64,000 bases of DNA from an uncultured Gemmatimonadaceae bacterium (GTDB lineage: Bacteria > Gemmatimonadota > Gemmatimonadetes > Gemmatimonadales > Gemmatimonadaceae): the NCBI GenBank assembly GCA_963781585.1, contig CAWAGQ010000002.1:32001-96000 (forward strand). Direction: 5' to 3'. The notes below the pieces were generated by a model. That model worked only from the letters and a program-made list of their open reading frames with translations, did not search any database and was not told where the DNA came from. Below, piece after piece: positions 29,014 to 39,638 of this stretch. Position 1 is the first letter of the stretch, and the number at the start of each line of letters is the position of its first letter. Both the position numbers and the translations under genes were made by a program.

Positions 29014-29246
29014 CGACGCGACCCCGCCTTGCGCACGGCCTCATTCATGTCGTCCACGGTCACGTTCCTGATCGCTGGCTTGACGAGCCCCCGCAATGCC
29101 CGGAGGTCCACATTCTCAGCCTCCACCGTCACGACGCCGTCACCCCGAATGTGGAACGCCAGCCGGTCGCCGGGATGCACGCCCAAGGCTTCCCGGACCC
29201 GCATCGGCACCGTGATCTGACCCTTGCTGGTAAGTTTCGCGGCCAT
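29010..29246 (-). CDS. AbrB/MazE-family antitoxin
   Basis: AKLTSKGQITVPMRVREALGVHPGDRL. Upstream are two TTCCTTAC copies and a TTACC-GAT-GGTAA palindrome (29247-29282). Confidence 0.9.
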   Translation of the reverse strand: MAAKLTSKGQITVPMRVREALGVHPGDRLAFHIRGDGVVTVEAENVDLRALRGLVKPAIRNVTVDDMNEAVRKAGSRR

Positions 29247-29349
29247 TTCCTTACTCAGTGAATAGTTCCTTACCGATGGTAATGCGCCTTCCGCGTCGAC
29301 GCAAGACTCTCGCCGGAGAATCCCCCGACCCGGCCCCCTCATTCCCTCA

Positions 29350-29378
29350 TTGACATAGGGGGGAGGGGTATCTAGTCT
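29350..29378 (+). promoter_or_regulatory. Sigma70 promoter with embedded CsoR-type operator
   Basis: TTGACA-N17-TAGTCT. The spacer contains ATAGGGGGGAGGGGTAT, a G-tract flanked by ATA/TAT as in CsoR operators; csoR is in the operon. Confidence 0.75.
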
Positions 29379-29435
29379 GCGCTTCGGAGCGTGGGGATAG
29401 TGTGTCCCCAGCGGGACCATTCGGAGGGAAGCCAC

Positions 29436-29648
29436 ATGAAGCGCGTCAATCTCGCCATCACCGGCATGCATTGTGGCCACTGCGTCCACGCCGTGCGCGA
29501 AGCCCTGGCGGCGGTGCCGGGCGTGCAGGTGGAACAGGTGGAGATCGGGTCGGCCAGCGTGTCGCTGAGCGACGACTCGGCCGGCGTCACTCCGCTGATC
29601 GACGCCGTCTATGAGGCCGGCTACGAAGCGGAGGAAGCGCTGCGATGA
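29436..29648 (+). CDS. copZ: Copper chaperone (HMA domain)
   Basis: GMHCGHCV; GGAGG RBS. Confidence 0.92.
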   Translation: MKRVNLAITGMHCGHCVHAVREALAAVPGVQVEQVEIGSASVSLSDDSAGVTPLIDAVYEAGYEAEEALR

Positions 29649-30022
29649 CGGCCGCGGACTGGTTCGTCGTGCTAGGCGGCCTGGCGGCCATCGGCGCGGT
29701 GAACTGGTGGTTCTTCGTCGCTGGCCGACACGCCGTGGCCGCGAGCGAGCTCGCCTCGGGACTGCAGCAGGTGACCATCACCGTCCGCGGTGGCTATGAA
29801 CCCAGGCGTGTCTACCTGCGGGCGGGACGGCCGGCCAGGCTCGTCTTCGACCGTCAGGAGCGCGCCGGTTGTTCGGAGGAGGTCGTCTTTCCCGCGTTCG
29901 GGCTGCGCCGGTTTCTCCCGCCATTCGAGAAGACGACGATCGACCTCGAGCCGACAGCCCCGGGACGCTACGAGTTCACCTGCGGCATGAGCATGCTGCG
30001 CGGAACGTTGGAGGTCGAGTGA
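29645..30022 (+). CDS. Membrane-anchored cupredoxin-domain protein (CupA-like)
   Basis: N-terminal [23 protein letters not shown]. Confidence 0.85.
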   Translation: MTAADWFVVLGGLAAIGAVNWWFFVAGRHAVAASELASGLQQVTITVRGGYEPRRVYLRAGRPARLVFDRQERAGCSEEVVFPAFGLRRFLPPFEKTTIDLEPTAPGRYEFTCGMSMLRGTLEVE

Positions 30023-32571
30023 AGGACGACGGCAAACGCGGCGCAGCGGGAGTGACCGACCCGCAGGAGGGGAACGCGAAGCCGGCGCCGCCTTCCCGGC
30101 TCATTCGCCACTCGGCGCTCGTCAGGCGGCTGGCGGCGTCCGGTGACCACGCGGCGGTATCCGGCGACCACGCGGGCGCGCCAGGCGCGGCGTGCGAACT
30201 GCCAGACGAAGACGTGAAGCCCGAAGTCGGTCACGGCGTCCCGTCGCGGCTGACCATTCCGGTGACCGGCATGCACTGCGCGGCGTGTCAGGCGCGGGTG
30301 CAGCGCGTGCTCGAACGCACCCCGGGCGTGCAGGCTGCCACCGTGAGTCTCCTGACCGACAGCGCCTCGGTCCGGTTCGACCCCGCCATGGTGGATGGGT
30401 CCGCGCTGGTCGAACGCATCCGTAGCACGGGTTACGGCGCCGAGCTTCCGCTCGAGGAGCGGGGCGCGCTGGAGGAACAGCGCGCGCAGGACGAAGCACG
30501 CGAAGCGGAATTCCGCGACCTGAAGCGGAAAGCCATCGTGGCGCTCGTCGCTGGGGCGGTTGCGATGGTCGTCTCGATGCCCATCATGACGGGGGGCGCA
30601 CACGCCGGCACCGCGGTCACCGATCCGGTGATGCGCTGGGCCACGCAGACGATCGACCCCGTTCTCCGGCGCATCGCGCCGTGGCTGTACGCCGTTCCCC
30701 CGCGGCTCATGGCGTTCCTCCTGCTCGGTATGACCACGGTGGTGATGGCCTGGGCGGGGCGCCACTTCTACACGCGTGCCTGGCTGGGCTTCCGGCACCA
30801 TTCGGCCGACATGAATACGCTGATTGCCGTGGGCACCGGCGCGGCCTACACCTTTTCGCTCGTGGCCACCGTGGCCCCGGGCCTCTTTCTCAGCCGCGGT
30901 CTCGCGCCGGATCTGTATTTCGAGGCGGTGGTCATCCTCATCGGATTCATCCTGCTGGGGAACGCGCTCGAGGCGCGTGCCAAGGGGCGGACGTCCGCCG
31001 CCCTGCGCCGGCTGGTAAACCTGCGGCCGCGTACCGCGCGCGTGGAGCGCGACGGCGAGGAGCAGGACGTGGCGATGGAAGAGGTGAACTCCGGGGACGT
31101 GGTCTCGGTGCGTCCGGGAGAGCGGATTCCGGTGGACGGCGAAGTGACGAGCGGTGCCAGCAGCGTGGACGAATCGATGCTCACGGGCGAGCCGTTGCCG
31201 GTGGAGAAGCAACCCGGCGGTCACGTCATCGGCGGCACCGTGAACGGCCTCGGCGCATTCCGGTACCGGGCCACCACGTTAGGCGCCGACAGCGTGCTGG
31301 CCCAGATCGTCAAGCTGATGCGCGAGGCGCAGGGTTCGCGCGCCCCGATTCAGAATCTCGCCGATCGGGTGAGCGCGGTGTTCGTCCCGGTGGTCATCTC
31401 CATCGCCATTGCAGTATTCGTCGTCTGGTTCGTCGCGGCCGGGAGCGCGCCGCTGCTGCGCGCCGTCGGCGCCTCGGTCGCCGTCCTCGTCATCGCCTGT
31501 CCCTGCGCCATGGGACTCGCGGTGCCCACCGCCGTGATGGTCGCGTCGGGGAAGGGCGCCGAGCTCGGGATCCTCATCAAGGGCGGAGAGGCGCTGGAGC
31601 GCGCCCACCGGATCGACACGGTGGTCCTCGACAAGACCGGAACGCTGACCGAGGGGCGGCCGGTGATGACCGATGTCCTGGCCACGCCGGCCTTCGACGA
31701 AGGCGCGGTGCTGCGGCTCGCCGCGTCGCTCGAGCGGTCATCCGAGCACCCCCTCGCCACGGCCCTGGTGGACGCCGCCCGCGACCGTGGGCTCAGTCTG
31801 ACCGACGCCGAGTCGTTCACGTCGGTCACCGGCCGGGGCGTTGTTGGGAAGGTGGACGGCCGCGACGTGGCCGTCGGCAACGCGGCACTCCTGGGTGACC
31901 GCGGGATCGATCCGACGCCCCTCGACGCACAGGCGAAGACCCTGGCGAATGATGCGCGGACGACGATGTTCGTCGCCGTCGACGGCCGGCTCGCCGGGCT
32001 CGTGGCGGTCGCCGACCCGCTCAAGAAGTCCTCGGTGGAGGCGGTGGCGGAGTTGCGCGCGATGGGCCTCGATGTCGTGCTCCTGACCGGCGATGTGGAG
32101 GCGACAGCCCGCGCGATCGCCGGGCACGCGGGCATCGAACGCATCGTGGCTGGCGTCCTGCCATCGGGGAAGGTGGACGAGATCACCCGGCTGCAGCAGG
32201 AAGGGCGCGTGGTGGCGATGGTGGGCGATGGGATCAATGACGCTCCCGCGCTTGCCCGGGCCGACGTCGGGATCGCGATCGGTACCGGCACCGACATCGC
32301 CATCGACGCCAGCGATATCACCCTCATGCGCGGTGACGTGCGCGGTGTGGCCCAGGCCATCAAACTGGCCCGCCGGACGATGCGCACCATGAAGCAGAAC
32401 CTCTTCTGGGCGTTCGTCTACAACGTGATCGGCATCCCGATCGCGGCGGGGGTTCTGTACCCGGCCTTCGGCCTGATGCTGAGTCCCATTCTCGCCAGTG
32501 CGGCGATGGCCATGAGCTCGGTCAGCGTCGTGTCCAACAGCCTGCGACTGGGCAGGTTCCGTCCTGCCTGA
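30019..32571 (+). CDS. copA: Cu(I)-translocating P1B-type ATPase
   Basis: GMHCAAC HMA, TGE, CPC, DKTGT, SEHP, GDGIND, YN and MAMSS. Confidence 0.95.
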   Translation: MKDDGKRGAAGVTDPQEGNAKPAPPSRLIRHSALVRRLAASGDHAAVSGDHAGAPGAACELPDEDVKPEVGHGVPSRLTIPVTGMHCAACQARVQRVLERTPGVQAATVSLLTDSASVRFDPAMVDGSALVERIRSTGYGAELPLEERGALEEQRAQDEAREAEFRDLKRKAIVALVAGAVAMVVSMPIMTGGAHAGTAVTDPVMRWATQTIDPVLRRIAPWLYAVPPRLMAFLLLGMTTVVMAWAGRHFYTRAWLGFRHHSADMNTLIAVGTGAAYTFSLVATVAPGLFLSRGLAPDLYFEAVVILIGFILLGNALEARAKGRTSAALRRLVNLRPRTARVERDGEEQDVAMEEVNSGDVVSVRPGERIPVDGEVTSGASSVDESMLTGEPLPVEKQPGGHVIGGTVNGLGAFRYRATTLGADSVLAQIVKLMREAQGSRAPIQNLADRVSAVFVPVVISIAIAVFVVWFVAAGSAPLLRAVGASVAVLVIACPCAMGLAVPTAVMVASGKGAELGILIKGGEALERAHRIDTVVLDKTGTLTEGRPVMTDVLATPAFDEGAVLRLAASLERSSEHPLATALVDAARDRGLSLTDAESFTSVTGRGVVGKVDGRDVAVGNAALLGDRGIDPTPLDAQAKTLANDARTTMFVAVDGRLAGLVAVADPLKKSSVEAVAELRAMGLDVVLLTGDVEATARAIAGHAGIERIVAGVLPSGKVDEITRLQQEGRVVAMVGDGINDAPALARADVGIAIGTGTDIAIDASDITLMRGDVRGVAQAIKLARRTMRTMKQNLFWAFVYNVIGIPIAAGVLYPAFGLMLSPILASAAMAMSSVSVVSNSLRLGRFRPA

Positions 32572-32590
32572 CGACCAGGGGAGATCGTCG

Positions 32591-32968
32591 ATGCCGACTC
32601 GTGCCACGAAGCCAGACGGACGCGGTCACGCCGCCGGAGCGTGCGGATGCGCCGTGGACCACGCCGCCGCATCGGGCGGACGCAAGGCGGTTGGCGTCGA
32701 CCCGGGAATCCGCGAACGTAACCTGAAACGGCTGCGGCGCATCGAGGGTCAGGTGCGCGGGCTCCAGAAGATGGTCAGCGAAGACCGCTACTGCGCCGAC
32801 ATCATGACCCAGGTGTCGTCGGTGCACGAGGCGCTGCGCGCCGTGAGCCGGGAACTGATGCGAAACCATCTGCGGCATTGCGCCAGCTCGGCGATCAAGG
32901 CGGGGCCCGATGACGCCGAGGCGATGTACGACGAGCTGATCGCACTCATGTATACGCACCTGCGGTAG
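32591..32968 (+). CDS. csoR: CsoR/RcnR family copper-sensing repressor
   Basis: RLRRIEGQVRGLQKMV, YCAD, HLRHC (C-H-C ligand set). Confidence 0.92.
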   Translation: MPTRATKPDGRGHAAGACGCAVDHAAASGGRKAVGVDPGIRERNLKRLRRIEGQVRGLQKMVSEDRYCADIMTQVSSVHEALRAVSRELMRNHLRHCASSAIKAGPDDAEAMYDELIALMYTHLR

Positions 32969-33084
32969 CGCGCCACCGGCGCAGCCACGACTCTGCCGCC
33001 GGTCATGGTTCTGCGGATCGCGGTTCTCGTCAGGCCGTTCCCAGCAATGTTCCCTGCTCGCTCACCCTCGACACTGCCGCTGTC

Positions 33085-34449
33085 GTGATACGCCTGCTTC
33101 CCCGGTACGGAACTTCGGTGCGGCATTTCGCGGTGCTGCTGCTCGCCTTGCATGCCACGTCGCTCGCCGCGCAGCAGGACGAGATGAAGATGCAGATGCC
33201 GACGGGCGTGCTTGGCATTCCGGAGACGCGCGCCGGGTCGGGCACGTCATGGCTCCCCGACTCGTCGTACATGCACGCGACGCACTTCGCGTGGGCCGGC
33301 TGGTCGGCCATGCTCCACGGCGATGTGACGGCGCAGTACGACCGGCAAGGCTCCCGGCGCGGCGACGGGCAGTTCGGCAGCGTAAACTGGGGGATGCTCA
33401 TGCTCATGAGGCCCCTGGGCGGGGTCCAGCTTCATCTGAATGCGATGGTCAGTCTCGAGCCGGCGACGCTTGGTGGGCGCGGCTATCCGTTGCTCCTGCA
33501 GACTGGCGAGTCCTACGGAGGTCAGCCGCTCCACGACCACCAGCACCCGCATGACGCATTCATGGAGCTTGCAGTGAGGGTCGACGGACCCTTGTCACGC
33601 AGTGTCGCGGTGTCGCTGTACGCCGGTGCGGTCGGTGAGCCCGCGCTTGGCCCGGTGGCCTACATGCACCGTCCGTCGACACAGAACGATCCCTTCGCGC
33701 CTCTGAGTCATCACCAGCAGGACGCCACCCACATCACTTTCGGCGTCGTGACTGCCGGCGTCTACGCCGTTCGATGGAAACTCGAAGGCTCGGTGTTCAA
33801 CGGCCGCGAGCCGGACGACCGTCGCTGGAACTTCGACTACCGCGGACGGAGCCTCGACTCGTACTCCGGCCGCGTCACGGTGAATCCAACCGGACGCATG
33901 AGTCTGTCCGGATGGTACGGATATCTGCGAAGCCCCGAGGTTCTGCATCCGGACGAATCGGTGCATCGGTTCGGTGCCTCGTTGCTATTCGCCGCGCGGG
34001 GCTGGTCCGGCGGCGAGTGGTCGTCGTCGATCATCTGGGGTGCCAACCGGACACATGGCTCAACCCGAGGCAGTCTCCTCGCCGAGTCGAATCTGGAGCT
34101 GGGGAGCAAGACGAGTGTCTTCGGTCGCCTGGAGCTCACCCGGAAAAGCGGAGAAGACCTGGATCTCCCCGCGCAGATTCGCGGTGCCACGTACGGCATC
34201 ACCGTGCTGGCGCTGGGCTCCGTGCGCGAGATCGCCTCGATCGGCGCCGGTACGGTGGGGGTTGGCGTGCGCCCGTCCATCAACTTCATCTCGAGATCGC
34301 TCGCCACCGTATACGGCACGCGGCGTCCGGTTGGCATCGACGTGTTCGTGCGTTTCCGGCCAGGCCGCATGACGATGGGCATGACGATGGATCACGAGTT
34401 GCACGGAGCTGGCGGTCCACGAGCGCGCTCTGCCATGCGAGATGAGTGA
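33085..34449 (+). CDS. Hypothetical Met/His-rich exported protein, probable outer-membrane beta-barrel
   Basis: Signal peptide, MKMQM, GSGTSWLP, HDHQHPHDAFMEL, HHQQDATHI, C-terminal MTMGMTMDH; beta-strand pattern. Confidence 0.7.
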   Translation: MIRLLPRYGTSVRHFAVLLLALHATSLAAQQDEMKMQMPTGVLGIPETRAGSGTSWLPDSSYMHATHFAWAGWSAMLHGDVTAQYDRQGSRRGDGQFGSVNWGMLMLMRPLGGVQLHLNAMVSLEPATLGGRGYPLLLQTGESYGGQPLHDHQHPHDAFMELAVRVDGPLSRSVAVSLYAGAVGEPALGPVAYMHRPSTQNDPFAPLSHHQQDATHITFGVVTAGVYAVRWKLEGSVFNGREPDDRRWNFDYRGRSLDSYSGRVTVNPTGRMSLSGWYGYLRSPEVLHPDESVHRFGASLLFAARGWSGGEWSSSIIWGANRTHGSTRGSLLAESNLELGSKTSVFGRLELTRKSGEDLDLPAQIRGATYGITVLALGSVREIASIGAGTVGVGVRPSINFISRSLATVYGTRRPVGIDVFVRFRPGRMTMGMTMDHELHGAGGPRARSAMRDE

Positions 34450-35914
34450 CTCCCGGCGCATCCTTGCCGCCACCCTGGTGCTCGCCGCGGCGCTGATCGC
34501 GCTCTTCCCCGCGCGGCTGCTGGCGCACCCGGAGCTCAGGCGGTCGGAACCGGGAAATGGTGCACACCTTGGCGTGGCGCCCCGCCAGATCCTGCTGGAG
34601 TTCAGCGAGGGGGTGGAGCTGGCCACGTTTCGTCTCGTGATGCGCCTTCCGTCGGGAGATTCGCTCGTGTTGTCGGCATCGCGCCCTGCGGGAAATGCCA
34701 GGAGGATGGTGACCGCGGCCGTCGAAGCGGCCATGGGCGCGGGTGCGTATCGCGTCGAATGGTCCGGGATCGGCACCGACGGTCATCCGACGCGGGGCAG
34801 CATCGCGTTCGTGGTTGACCTGCCCATGGTCTCGTCGGACTCGATGAGGGCGGCAACGCCCGCCGCCGCGTCCGACACCGCCGAGCCCCCGGCCGGCGCG
34901 ACGGCGTTGCCGCGGGCCCCGCCGAGCCCGCCGCCCGACATCGTGCGGTCGCCGAGCTACACCGCGGTCCGGTTTCTGACCTACGTGGGATTGCTTGCCG
35001 GACTCGGAGCCGTCGCGATGTTGATGATCGTGTTGCCCCGGGCGCTCGGCGATGCCGCGAAACACGCCAGCAACCAGGTTGAGATTGCGGGAACCAGCGA
35101 TCCGTCTGGACCGGCGGACGGCGGCATCGCGGATCGCGTCCGAAGGGCGGGACGGCTCGGTGCCCTGGTATTGCTCCTGGCGGCGCTCGCGCGGCTTCTG
35201 TTGCAGACGTCGATGGTCGCTGTGGGACCGTCCGGCGCCACGATGGACCTCGCTACACGACTCCTCACCCAGACCACGTGGGGGCGCGCATGGCTGCTGC
35301 AGGTGGCGAGCGCGCTACTCCTCTGGAGCGCCCTGCGCGCGTCGCGCGCCCGCGTCGGGCGTCGCAGCTCGGCCGCGCTCGTCGGGTGCATTGGCGTCGC
35401 CGTCTCCGCCTCACTCTCCGGGCATCCCGTCGCTGCCCGCGACGGGCCGTGGATTGCGGTGGTCCTGGACGCCGTGCACGTCCTGGCTGCCGGCGGCTGG
35501 ATGGGGGCGCTGCTGATCCTCACCCTCGCCGCCGTCCCGGGCGTTGCCGCACTCGATTCGTCCAGGAGAGGCTCCATGGTGGCGGCCATGTTCAGGGCAT
35601 TCTCGCCGATGGCGCTCACATGCGGAACAGTGCTCGCACTCACCGGCGCGGCCGGTGCCTGGATCCAGCTCGGTGGCATCGGTCCGCTCTTCTCCAGCGG
35701 CTACGGACGTACCTTGCTGATCAAGATCGCGGCGGTCGCCGCCGTCGCGGTCGTTGGGGCGTACAACTGGCGCTCGGTGCTGCCGCGGCTCGAAGCCGAT
35801 CGTGGCACGACCAATGTTCGCCGCTCTGCCTTTGTCGAGCTCTCGCTGGCGGGGCTCGTCCTGATCGTCACGGCCGTGCTCACCGGCACGTCGCCGCCGA
35901 TGAGCGGCCGCTGA
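34442..35914 (+). CDS. CopC-CopD fusion copper resistance protein
   Basis: Mature N-terminal His (AHPELRRSEP), DGHPTRG, SGHP, HVLAAGGWMG, YGRTLLIK. Confidence 0.88.
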   Translation: MSDSRRILAATLVLAAALIALFPARLLAHPELRRSEPGNGAHLGVAPRQILLEFSEGVELATFRLVMRLPSGDSLVLSASRPAGNARRMVTAAVEAAMGAGAYRVEWSGIGTDGHPTRGSIAFVVDLPMVSSDSMRAATPAAASDTAEPPAGATALPRAPPSPPPDIVRSPSYTAVRFLTYVGLLAGLGAVAMLMIVLPRALGDAAKHASNQVEIAGTSDPSGPADGGIADRVRRAGRLGALVLLLAALARLLLQTSMVAVGPSGATMDLATRLLTQTTWGRAWLLQVASALLLWSALRASRARVGRRSSAALVGCIGVAVSASLSGHPVAARDGPWIAVVLDAVHVLAAGGWMGALLILTLAAVPGVAALDSSRRGSMVAAMFRAFSPMALTCGTVLALTGAAGAWIQLGGIGPLFSSGYGRTLLIKIAAVAAVAVVGAYNWRSVLPRLEADRGTTNVRRSAFVELSLAGLVLIVTAVLTGTSPPMSGR

Positions 35915-36122
35915 TGGAGCGGAGCGTGATCGCGCCCGTGAAGGACCGGGTGGAAAGTCGCAGTCGCCGATGGTAGGGGATCGCCCGACGCCGCACGTCG
36001 GGTCTTCACCCTTGATCCACCTGTTCGCGCGGCGTAGGGTCAATCGTCAGGTTGGTGGAAGTCGCAGTTGCGGTCCTTTGCGAGCACCAGGTTCCTTCTT
36101 GCACTTCTCCTTTTCGCGCTCG

Positions 36123-36527
36123 ATGCCCGGGTTGTGGCGGACGGTTGCTCTCGTCACGTCACTGGCCCTTCTGCAGACGCTGTCGGCTCCCAGCGGCTTC
36201 GCGTGCGGGGCAATGCCGGTGTCCCATGTCGGCGTGCACGCGGGGATGAGTGCGCCGACTCAGGCGACGGTTGAGCGCCACGATTGCGCAGAGGCAACGG
36301 CGAGCGTTCCGGCGTGCCCGCAGTGCACGCAGTCGTCTCACTCGTCGTGCCCGGGACTTCCGGGAACGGGGGCCTGCGGTCTCCTCGCGGGGTGCGGCGT
36401 GGCGGCGTTCGCGCCCGCGACGGCCCTTCCGGTGCTGACAGCCGCACTGCCTGACGAAGTCCCTACCCTCCGACAGCGCGGACTGGTTCGCCCCACCGCC
36501 CCCGAGCCCCCACCTCCCCGGGCGTAG
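36123..36527 (+). CDS. DUF2946-like Cys/His-rich small protein ending in PEPPPPRA
   Basis: N-terminal hydrophobic segment; HDC..CPQC..C..C..C; proline-rich end. Confidence 0.65.
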   Translation: MPGLWRTVALVTSLALLQTLSAPSGFACGAMPVSHVGVHAGMSAPTQATVERHDCAEATASVPACPQCTQSSHSSCPGLPGTGACGLLAGCGVAAFAPATALPVLTAALPDEVPTLRQRGLVRPTAPEPPPPRA

Positions 36528-36643
36528 TCTCCTTCACATCGCGGTAATGGCGTTATGCGCCGGCGGAACATCCCGCCGCGCACGCGACAGTCGCACGATG
36601 GGCCGGTTACGGCCATCGGGCACCAGAGGGAGACCTACAGTCC

Positions 36644-38134
36644 ATGTGTGCACATGCGGGACCGCGTCGAGTCGATGTTGCGCATCGCCTGACGCTCAGC
36701 GGCATACTCTTCGCGGCGGTCATCGCCAGCACCGGCTCGCCGTGGCCGGCCCGGGCGCAATCAGCCACCGGGTCTGTCTCAGGACGGCCCATCGCTGACA
36801 GCGGCTCATCACTCACGCGCGGGTCGCCGAGGCCGTCCCCCATCCGCTCGGCCCCAGGCGTCCCCAGTGCGTCCGCCTCGCGCTCTGCGTCGACGCCTGC
36901 TCCGGACGGTGCCATCCTTCGCCTCGGCGACGTGTACGCCGGCGTGCATGACCGCAACCCCAAGGCGGCCGCCGCACGTTCGCTCGCCGATGCCGCGCGA
37001 GCGCGCGTGCCGGGCGCATCGCTGCCACCGGATCCGCAGCTTCAACTCGCGTTCATGAATTACGGCGTGCCCGATCTGCGGCCGATGGATCCCACCGGCA
37101 TGCCGCAGCTTCAGGTGATGCAGATGGTGCCCCTGGCCGGCAAACTCGGTCTCTCGGGCCGCATCGCGGCGGCGCAGGCCGATGCTGAAGGCGAGCGCGC
37201 TGCGGACGTGCAATGGGAGCTGCGCAGCGCTGCCGCGATGGCCTTCTACGACTTCTACCAGGCTGACCGTTCGATTGCCGTCGCGGTCGAGACGCGCCGC
37301 CTGCTCCAGGACATCGCCGCCGTCGCGGCGGCGATGTACGAAGTTGGCGAGGGTCGCCAGACCGACGTGCTCCGTGCACAGGTCGAAGTCGCGCGCATGA
37401 CGGAGGAGATCACACGGATGGAAGCGACGCGGGCGGCCGCTGGCGCGCGGCTCAACGCACTGCTCGATCGCGAACCCGACGCTGCGGGGGAAACGGTGTC
37501 GCTGCCCCGCTTTCCGGAAGCCCTGCCCACAGCGGATTCGCTCATGAGCATGGCGTCAACGAATCGGTCGATGATCCGTGCTGGCGAACAGGACGTGCGT
37601 GCCGCCGACGCAATGGCGACCCGCGCCAGACGCGAGCTGATCCCCGACCTGACGATCGGGCTTCAGTACGGACAGCGCAGTGCCGCCATGGGGACCGAGC
37701 ACATGGCGAGCCTCATGCTGGGCGCGTCCATCCCCGTGTTCGCGGGGCGGCGGCAGCTGAAGATGCGTGACGAGGCGGACGCGATGCGCGACATGGCGCA
37801 GGCCGACCTCCGCTACATGCGCGCCGACACGCGCGGACGCGTTGGCGAGGCGTACGCCGCACTCACTCAAGCGCGCAACCTGGAGCGCCTCTATGCCGCC
37901 ACCGTGTTGCCGCAGGCCGACGCCACGGTGGCGTCGGCGACGGCAGCGTATCGCGTGGGACAGGTGGACTTCATGACGCTGCTCGACGACCGCATGACCG
38001 TGAATCGCTACCGGCAGGAGTTCATCGCCCTCCAGGCCGCAGAAGGAAAGGCCTGGGCGGATCTGGAGATGCTCACCGGTACGGAACTCTTCAATGCCAG
38101 CACCACCGCGCTCACGAATGGAGACGCACGATGA
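36644..38134 (+). CDS. TolC-family outer-membrane efflux protein (CusC-like)
   Basis: LPPDPQL, YEVGEGRQTDVLRAQVE, AYRVGQVDFMTLLD; Met-rich. Confidence 0.85.
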   Translation: MCAHAGPRRVDVAHRLTLSGILFAAVIASTGSPWPARAQSATGSVSGRPIADSGSSLTRGSPRPSPIRSAPGVPSASASRSASTPAPDGAILRLGDVYAGVHDRNPKAAAARSLADAARARVPGASLPPDPQLQLAFMNYGVPDLRPMDPTGMPQLQVMQMVPLAGKLGLSGRIAAAQADAEGERAADVQWELRSAAAMAFYDFYQADRSIAVAVETRRLLQDIAAVAAAMYEVGEGRQTDVLRAQVEVARMTEEITRMEATRAAAGARLNALLDREPDAAGETVSLPRFPEALPTADSLMSMASTNRSMIRAGEQDVRAADAMATRARRELIPDLTIGLQYGQRSAAMGTEHMASLMLGASIPVFAGRRQLKMRDEADAMRDMAQADLRYMRADTRGRVGEAYAALTQARNLERLYAATVLPQADATVASATAAYRVGQVDFMTLLDDRMTVNRYRQEFIALQAAEGKAWADLEMLTGTELFNASTTALTNGDAR

Positions 38135-39634
38135 TCGACATGCGCAGTGATTCGATGACCGCAACCGCCGTTCCGGCAAATGGAGACAGCTCGGTTGCAG
38201 CTGATGCAGACGGCGCGATCGCCTCGCGGGCACGGGTGGCGGATGCGGCCGCGCTTGCAGAACCGTCGCCTTTCGGCGCGCCGAGTGGCGGTGCCGCACG
38301 GATGGTGGCTCGGATCGCCGTGATCGCCGGACTGCTCGTGGTGGCGACGGGCGCGGCCTTCTATTTCGCCCGCGGGCGAAGCACCAGTGGCACAGCGGCC
38401 GCACACAATCATGGCGCCGCCGCCGCTGCGGACGGGGCCGCTCCCGTCATGCTCGACGCCGGTGCGGCGCGCCGGATCGGAGTGACCTACGCCGGCGCGA
38501 CGATGGGGACGCTCGTGGCCGAGGTGCGGACCGTCGGCCAGATCACGTACGACGAAACGCGCCAGGCCGCGATCGCGCCGAAGATCGAGGGCTGGGTGGA
38601 TCACCTGTTCGTGGACTTCACCGGTCAGCAGGTCGAGGAAGGGCAGCCGCTCCTGAGCATCTACTCTCCGATGCTGGTTGCGGCGCAGGAGGAACTGCTT
38701 CTGGCCGCGCGGCTCGTCCCGTGATGTGGCCGATGGTACGCCGGAGGCCAGGCGCTCGGCAGACGATCTGCTCGCGGCGTCGCGTCGCCGGCTGCTGTAC
38801 TGGGATATCCCGGCGAGTGACGTGGAGCGGATCGAACGGACCGGCGAGGTCACCAAGACCCTGACGCTGCGATCGCCGGTGCGCGGCGTCGTGCTGGAGA
38901 AGTCGGTGGTTGCCGGCCAGCGCATCATGGCGGGCCAGTCGGTCTACCAGGTCGCCGACCTGAGCACGGTGTGGGTGGAAGGCGAGGTATTTGAGCGCGA
39001 CATGTCGTTCATGCGTTCCGGTGCGAGAGTGACCGTGGACGTGCAAGCGTATCCCGGTGAGCACTGGAACGGACGCGTGACGTACGTCTACCCCACCGTG
39101 GATCCCGGGACGCGTGCTGTCCGGATCCGCGTGGCGCTGCCAAACCCGGGACTTCGGCTCAAACCCGGCATGTACGCCACGATCCACGTTGCGGGAGCCC
39201 AGCGCGTGGGCGTGATCTCCATTCCTCGCGCGGCGGTGCTCGCGAGCGGCCGGCGAACCGTCGCGTTCGTGAGACGTCCCGACGGCATGCTGGAGCCTCG
39301 GGAGATCGTGACCGGCGTAGCGAACGACGATCGGGTGGAAATCCTGCGTGGTCTCGCGGCCGGCGACACGGTGGTGGCATCGGCGACGTTCCTGATCGAT
39401 GCAGAATCGAACCTCGGGGCCGCGCTCGGCGCGATGGCGGGGATGCCGGGGATGGAGAAACCCGGAGACCAAAGGCCGGCGGTCGGAGACCAGAGGACGG
39501 GTGCGGCCGGATCCGCCGCGGACGTGAAGAGGGGCACTGGCGCGGAGGTCGATGCGGCGGGTGTGCCGATGGATATGCCCGGCATGACGCAACCCGGACC
39601 CACTAGTCCCGCAGTGAAGAAAGGAAAGGAGTAG
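38131..39634 (+). CDS. RND periplasmic adaptor (CusB-like), frameshift near 38720
   Basis: [27 protein letters not shown] continues in another frame to [16 protein letters not shown]. Confidence 0.88.
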
Positions 39635-39638
39635 CGCC

